From NCBI RefSeq assembly GCF_964355755.1, contig NC_092671.1, forward strand, positions 13,826,001 through 13,890,000: 64,000 bases of DNA, written 5' to 3'. Each line of letters starts with the position of its first letter. Position 1 is the stretch's first letter. The notes under the pieces are model-generated. The model saw only the letters and a program-made list of their open reading frames with translations, did no database searches and had not been told where the DNA came from. The position numbers and the translations under genes were made by a program. The stretch comes from Antedon mediterranea (Eukaryota > Animalia > Echinodermata). Below are positions 63,518 through 64,000 of this stretch, piece after piece.

Positions 63518-63680
63518 CTATATAGTAGTTTCAGCTGATTGTGTTTTTATTTCTGGAACTTCAATTATTATATCGCCATCTTGATTACCTGGGGCCAATA
63601 AAGGCGCCCTCTCCGGGCTCGGACTACCTGGTATTGTTGAGAGTTCTTTTCCACAATTGTTCATTGCTTTTTCTTTGGCT
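63518..63680 (-). CDS. Terminal coding exon of an upstream gene, probably a tandem SLC4 paralog
   Basis: Strong acceptor (tttttttgtacag), phase 2, AKEKAMNN...IIIEVPEIKTQSAETTI*. Same phase and a similar end to the SLC4 last exon ([13 protein letters not shown]). Confidence 0.55.
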
Positions 63681-63850
63681 CTGTACAAAAAAAAGACAAT
63701 TATTAAAAAATTATAATGTAATATATCCACTTAAAATTAAGGCTATGTTTTGTGAGACCATGTTTGAAGTCTATTGCAATATATATAAATGAATACATTC
63801 CGCCGTACCACAACGAGAGTCGCTATCCAATCGAGTTTGAACAATACCAT

Positions 63851-64000
63851 GAAAGCCCAAGTGGTCTAATAGTTAGGACATCTGCATATAAAGCAGAAGG
63901 TTTCGGGATCGAATCTCGGTTCCGGGATCGAATCTCGGTTCCGGGATCGAATCTCGGTTCCGGGATCGAATCTCGGTTGGCACGGTTTTTTCTCATTCTC
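63851..64000 (+). mobile_element. tRNA-derived SINE head with a 4x tandem 19-bp B-box repeat
   Basis: A-box-like TGGTCTAATAG; CGGGATCGAATCTCGGTTC at 63904, 63923, 63942 and 63961. Confidence 0.6.

Overview
AT-rich animal genomic DNA with GT-AG introns; the gene and repeat content suggests an invertebrate, possibly an echinoderm (inference). Three multi-exon genes lie on the minus strand. (1) A secreted protein: signal peptide, EGF, atypical Kunitz domain, then at least 12 tandem EGF exons running off the left edge. These EGFs carry extra cysteines in a pattern suggesting disulfide staples between neighbouring domains. The exon array is being duplicated and eroded, and a 20-kb intron (9383-29342) holds deeply nested transposons (Gypsy LTR > SINE > MULE-like > Merlin-like > MITE, plus Helitrons and hATs). 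(2) A lysosomal/prostatic-type histidine acid phosphatase whose YxxPhi + acidic-cluster sorting signal lies just after the TGA stop, making it a readthrough candidate. (3) A complete 22-coding-exon SLC4 Na+-coupled bicarbonate transporter, with what looks like the last exon of a tandem SLC4 paralog at the right edge. All coordinates and translations were read by eye; no searches were run.
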